From a candidate division WOR-3 bacterium (GTDB lineage: Bacteria; Hydrothermota; Tepidihabitantia; SM23-42): a stretch of 64,000 nt of DNA. A program made the position numbers and the translations under genes. The stretch is taken from positions 228,435 through 292,434 of the forward strand of contig CP070802.1 in assembly GCA_020343595.1 (NCBI GenBank), read 5' to 3'. Numbering within the stretch: the stretch's first letter is position 1; every line of letters begins with the position of its first letter. Of the stretch, positions 60,506 to 64,000 are shown in pieces. The notes below the pieces were generated by a model that ran no database searches, was not told where the DNA came from, and saw only the letters and a list, made by a program, of their open reading frames with translations.

Positions 60506-61480
60506 CTACTTTTTCACTTCCAGTATCTTGCTCTTCAATACCGGCAAGACCTTGAAAAGATCGTCGACGATACCGTAGTCGGCTTCGTTGAAGATTGGTG
60601 CATTCGGATCCTTGTTGATGGCGATTATTGTATCGGAATTCTTCATCCCCGCGATGTGTTGAAATGCCCCCGAAATACCGATCGCAATGTAAAGCTTCGG
60701 CTTGACGGTCTTTCCCGAAGATCCAACTTGCCGGTCCTTGGGCAGCCAGTTCGCATCAACTATCGGCCGTGAGCACGCAACGACGCCACCGACAGCACTG
60801 GCAAAATCCTCGACCATGGACAGATTCGCTTGCTCCTTTATACCACGGCCAATACCGACGACCACATCGGCTTTAGTGATATCAACATCCCCAACCGCTG
60901 CTTCGACATATTCTATGAATCTCCTGTACTCGGGCTGGCTCGTGAGCGGTGCATCTATTTTCTCGATCTCGGCAGAGAGGCCACCGTCTTCTGCCGGACA
61001 AGTGCCGCTCCGCAATGTCAGCATATAGTGAGGACCCTGGGCCAGTCTCAGATGGGCATCCATCTTACCATCATACAGCTGACGTGTCACCCTGATACCT
61101 CCATCCACGACTTCCACTCCTATACAGTCGGTGGTGAAAGGAATACCGAGTTGGGTCGCAAGCGATGGGCAGAAATCTATGCCGAACGCGGTATTACCAA
61201 TAATGGTCAGAAAAGGGCTCTCCTTCTTGACGACGGCAGAGATCGCCTCCTGATATACGTCGCCGTTGAAATCCTTGAAAACTTCATGGTCAGCAACGAC
61301 AAGACGATGAACGTGTTTCTTGATATCTTCCTGGAGGTCATCGGTATTATGACCCAGCAACACGCCAATCAATTTCGCATTGGTCTTTTCTGCCAGTTTT
61401 CTCCCGAACGTCATCAATTCGTACGTGATGTCTCTGACTACTCCCTGACGGTGTTCAACCACTGTTAGAATATCAGCCAT
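60506..61480 (-). CDS. etfA: Electron transfer flavoprotein alpha subunit
   Basis: 324 aa. ETF alpha FAD-binding C-terminus (LYIAIGISGAFQHIAGMKNSDTIIAINKD). Confidence 0.85.
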   Translation of the reverse strand: MADILTVVEHRQGVVRDITYELMTFGRKLAEKTNAKLIGVLLGHNTDDLQEDIKKHVHRLVVADHEVFKDFNGDVYQEAISAVVKKESPFLTIIGNTAFGIDFCPSLATQLGIPFTTDCIGVEVVDGGIRVTRQLYDGKMDAHLRLAQGPHYMLTLRSGTCPAEDGGLSAEIEKIDAPLTSQPEYRRFIEYVEAAVGDVDITKADVVVGIGRGIKEQANLSMVEDFASAVGGVVACSRPIVDANWLPKDRQVGSSGKTVKPKLYIAIGISGAFQHIAGMKNSDTIIAINKDPNAPIFNEADYGIVDDLFKVLPVLKSKILEVKK

Positions 61481-61490
61481 TATTCCCCCC

Positions 61491-62261
61491 TTAGATCAGT
61501 CCCTTTTCTTTGATTATACCTGCGGTTCTCGTCGCAACTTCATCAGTGTTACCGCTCATAATCTCGGCTCTCTTTCCAACGGGTGGTATGAAAAGTTCTT
61601 CGAGTGTGCTGTTGGTCTTGGCTTCAAGAGCAATGTCGCTCTTACCCACAACCTTGATCTCTTTTGCAGCCGCTCTGCGTATCGCGATCAACGACGCATA
61701 ACGTGGTTCATTGATGCCGGTTTGCACGGCAAAGACTGCCGGTAATGACATCTGGAGATGCTCGATCAAACCGCCCTCAAGTTCACGATTTACATCAGCC
61801 TTGCCGTCAGTTATGTCCACCTTGCTCACCAAAGTCGCGTGAGGCACGCCGAGCATTTCAGCAAGTACCGGACCCACCTGGTAATAACTATCGTCGGTCG
61901 CCACGCAGCCGGTGAATATCGCGTCGAATTTTGTGTCTTTTATCACCTCTTTTAGCAATGCGGCGGTCTTGAATCCATCCAGATCCCCGAAATCCTCAGC
62001 CTTTATCCTGATTGCACTGTCAGCTCCCTTTGCCAGAGCAATACGAAGGGTATCTTCAGCATCAGCTATACCGAGGGAAACCGCAGTTATGGTCCCACCG
62101 AATTTCTCTTTGAGAAGGATCGCCGCTTCGAGAGCATATGTATCTGCCTCGTTCATATCGAACGTCAAACGATCCCTGACTATATCCTTGCCCGTTGCAT
62201 CAACCTTGACCTCGGCCTCAGCGGTCTGGGCAACTCTCTTAACGCAGACGATCAGGTCCAA
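61491..62261 (-). CDS. etfB: Electron transfer flavoprotein beta subunit
   Basis: 256 aa. ETF beta N-terminus MDLIVCVKRV, and conserved AVSLG and DAIFTG segments. Confidence 0.85.
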   Translation of the reverse strand: MDLIVCVKRVAQTAEAEVKVDATGKDIVRDRLTFDMNEADTYALEAAILLKEKFGGTITAVSLGIADAEDTLRIALAKGADSAIRIKAEDFGDLDGFKTAALLKEVIKDTKFDAIFTGCVATDDSYYQVGPVLAEMLGVPHATLVSKVDITDGKADVNRELEGGLIEHLQMSLPAVFAVQTGINEPRYASLIAIRRAAAKEIKVVGKSDIALEAKTNSTLEELFIPPVGKRAEIMSGNTDEVATRTAGIIKEKGLI

Positions 62262-62405
62262 AACAACCTCCTTCCTAAAATCAAATTCCTAAATCCGCCT
62301 GATGCGGCCAAAATACCTAAACTACCTAAACATGTAAGCAGCCACCATAAATGTCTCAACAACTTACCGCCCTTTAGGTATTTAGGATTTTTGGTATTTA
62401 GTTAT
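62262..62405. repeat. Family A repeat element, copy 4 (with hairpin core)
   Basis: AAATTCCTAAATCC-GCCTGATGCGGC-CAAAATACCTAAACTACCTAAAC ... CTTTAGGTATTTAGGATTTTTGGTATTTAG. About 60 nt are collinear with copy 2. Lies upstream of etfB. Confidence 0.65.
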
Positions 62406-63551
62406 TTATCTCGTAAGTTCTCTCGCGATAACGATCTTCTGGACTTCAGATGTACCCTCATATAACTCCAGGATCTTGGCGTCGCGGTACAGTCTTTCCA
62501 CTGCGTAGTCCTTTGAATATCCATAGCCGCCGTGTATTTGAACCGCCTTCCTGACCACATCAACGGCAATATCAGACGCATAGTATTTTGACATCGCCGA
62601 TTCCTTGGAGAACCTCTTCATACCTTTGTCTTTGCAGTAACCTGCATAATGGACTAAGAGACGTGCCGCCTGGATCTGAGTTGCCATTTCAGCCAGCATT
62701 GACTGGATCATTTCGAAGTTACATATCGGTTGTCCGAATGCTTTACGCTCCTTCGAATACTTCACTGCTTCATCCAGAGCAGCCTGAGCAATACCGACTG
62801 CCTGCGCGCCTATATCGATACGCGAAACATCGAGTGTGTTCATACATATCTTGAAACCATCGCCTTCATTAGCAAGGAGATTCTCTTTCGGTACTTTGAC
62901 ATCCTCGAAGATCAATTCGCAATTTGCCGTCGCCCTAATGCCCATCAGGTCTTCATGATTCCCGAGACTGAAGCCGGGTGTGTCGCGCTCGACCACAAAG
63001 GCGCTGATCCCCTTGTGTTTCAGTTCCCTGTTGGTATAGGCAAATACAACAAATGTCCCGGCCTCACCGCCGTTGGTGATGAAACGTTTTGTCCCGTTAA
63101 GGATGTAGTGGTCGCCTTCCAACCTTGCCGTCGATTCCATGGCGGCGACATCCGACCCCGCATTAGGTTCGGTAAGACCAAACGCACCGACTCTTTCACC
63201 ACTGCACAATGGCGGTAGATACTTCTTTTTCTGTTCTTCGTTACCGAACTGTGCTATCGGATATGTAGTCAACGAATTGTTCACGGCAACAATCACGCCG
63301 GTCGAGGCACAAGCACGGGAAATCTCCTCGATTGCGATAGCCAGTGACACAAAATCGAATCCGGAACCGCCGTATTGCTCTGGGACAATCACACCGAGTA
63401 AACCCAACTGCGCCATCTTTTTTATAGTAGCCCACGGGAACTCCCTGGATTTATCAATTTCCGGTGCCAGCGGTGCCAATTCACTCTGCGCGAACTTGCG
63501 TACTTCTTCCTGAAGCATCTTCTGATCATTGGTTAAATCAAAATTCATCAA
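62406..63551 (-). CDS. Acyl-CoA dehydrogenase (butyryl-CoA dehydrogenase-like)
   Basis: 381 aa. ACAD N-, middle and C-domains. C-terminal YEGTSEVQKIVIAR, and catalytic Glu region. Confidence 0.85.
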   Translation of the reverse strand: MMNFDLTNDQKMLQEEVRKFAQSELAPLAPEIDKSREFPWATIKKMAQLGLLGVIVPEQYGGSGFDFVSLAIAIEEISRACASTGVIVAVNNSLTTYPIAQFGNEEQKKKYLPPLCSGERVGAFGLTEPNAGSDVAAMESTARLEGDHYILNGTKRFITNGGEAGTFVVFAYTNRELKHKGISAFVVERDTPGFSLGNHEDLMGIRATANCELIFEDVKVPKENLLANEGDGFKICMNTLDVSRIDIGAQAVGIAQAALDEAVKYSKERKAFGQPICNFEMIQSMLAEMATQIQAARLLVHYAGYCKDKGMKRFSKESAMSKYYASDIAVDVVRKAVQIHGGYGYSKDYAVERLYRDAKILELYEGTSEVQKIVIARELTR

Positions 63552-63689
63552 ACCTCCTTAATCGTTGAAATCTCAAAATCCAAAATTCAAATCTCAGATG
63601 ATGGACATATCTCAAAACCCAAACGCTTTTTGTCCATCGTGATTGGTTTGATTGGTAATTTCTTGTTATTTGGACCTTTGTGATTTGAT

Positions 63690-63714
63690 ATTTAGGCAAG
63701 TCACTTGCCTAAAA
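63690..63714. repeat. Perfect palindrome built from two family A units (TTTAGGCAAGT-c-ACTTGCCTAAA)
   Basis: 11+1+11 nt perfect inverted repeat overlapping the stop codon of the partial ACAD gene. Lies upstream of bcd. Confidence 0.55.
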
Positions 63715-64000
63715 TTTGTCTGGCAATGACGATCTTCTGTATCTCGCTCGTTCCCTCACCGATCTCCATGAGTTTTTCATCCCTTATGAAACGCTCAACA
63801 GGATATACATCAGTCATGCCCAGTAATCCGTGAATGTCGATCGCCATGCTAGCCGCTTTCATACCAACTGTCGAGGCATAGTACTTGGCCATCGCAGCCT
63901 CCTTGACGTACGGCATACCAGCATCTTTCAGGGCAGAAGCCTGGTATACAAGCAAACGCGCGGCTTCGATATCCGTTGCCATCTCCGCGATCATTGACTG
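63701..64000 (-). CDS. Acyl-CoA dehydrogenase, C-terminal part (5' end beyond window end)
   Basis: The frame is open to the window edge. Its C-terminus, IGEGTSEIQKIVIARQILGK, is paralogous to the upstream ACAD. Confidence 0.7.
   Translation of the reverse strand, partial: QSMIAEMATDIEAARLLVYQASALKDAGMPYVKEAAMAKYYASTVGMKAASMAIDIHGLLGMTDVYPVERFIRDEKLMEIGEGTSEIQKIVIARQILGK

Noticed and set aside
27-63513. The many plus-strand ORFs of 60 to 290 aa in the six-frame track (for example 27..338, 375..617, 4708..5127, 56324..57187, 60830..61468)
   Set aside because: Every one lies antisense to a well-supported minus-strand gene and has no recognisable domain or RBS. They are shadow ORFs, typical of coding-strand complement in GC-balanced sequence.

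Overview
This 64 kb window is a gene-dense chromosomal segment from an anaerobic, amino-acid and fatty-acid fermenting bacterium; I cannot assign the phylum from sequence alone. All of the roughly 64 credible genes are on the minus strand.

The 5' third holds housekeeping genes:
- tRNA-Gly and a XerC/D-family recombinase.
- ispG, murA, mutL, radA, mlaDFE, dnaB, coaBC, rpoZ and birA.

The remainder is one large acyl-CoA metabolism island:
- A beta-oxidation set (thiolase, 3-hydroxyacyl-CoA dehydrogenase, crotonase).
- A split methylcrotonyl-CoA carboxylase plus methylglutaconyl-CoA hydratase cluster. It sits directly upstream of an archaeal-type HMG-CoA synthase, thiolase and DUF35 trio.
- A methionine gamma-lyase to propionyl-CoA carboxylase to epimerase to methylmalonyl-CoA mutase route. 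It has two mutase catalytic subunits, one B12-binding subunit and MeaB.
- A tryptophanase-family lyase and GlnRS.
- A bcd, etfAB, HdrA-like and HdrD-like cluster that looks like an electron-bifurcation module.

The most striking object is a small ORF at 47741..48259. It encodes two tandem AhpD/carboxymuconolactone-decarboxylase-like domains. Each has an in-frame TGA exactly where the second Cys of the CxxC redox motif belongs, and a hairpin follows each TGA 12 nt downstream. I read it as a probable double-selenocysteine selenoprotein.

Two families of intergenic repeats are also present:
- An AT-rich TTTAGGYA/TRCCTAAA family, with a hairpin core showing compensatory changes.
- A GC-richer element of about 110 nt present in two copies.

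The two beta-oxidation promoter regions share a TTGGATATTATTTG motif.
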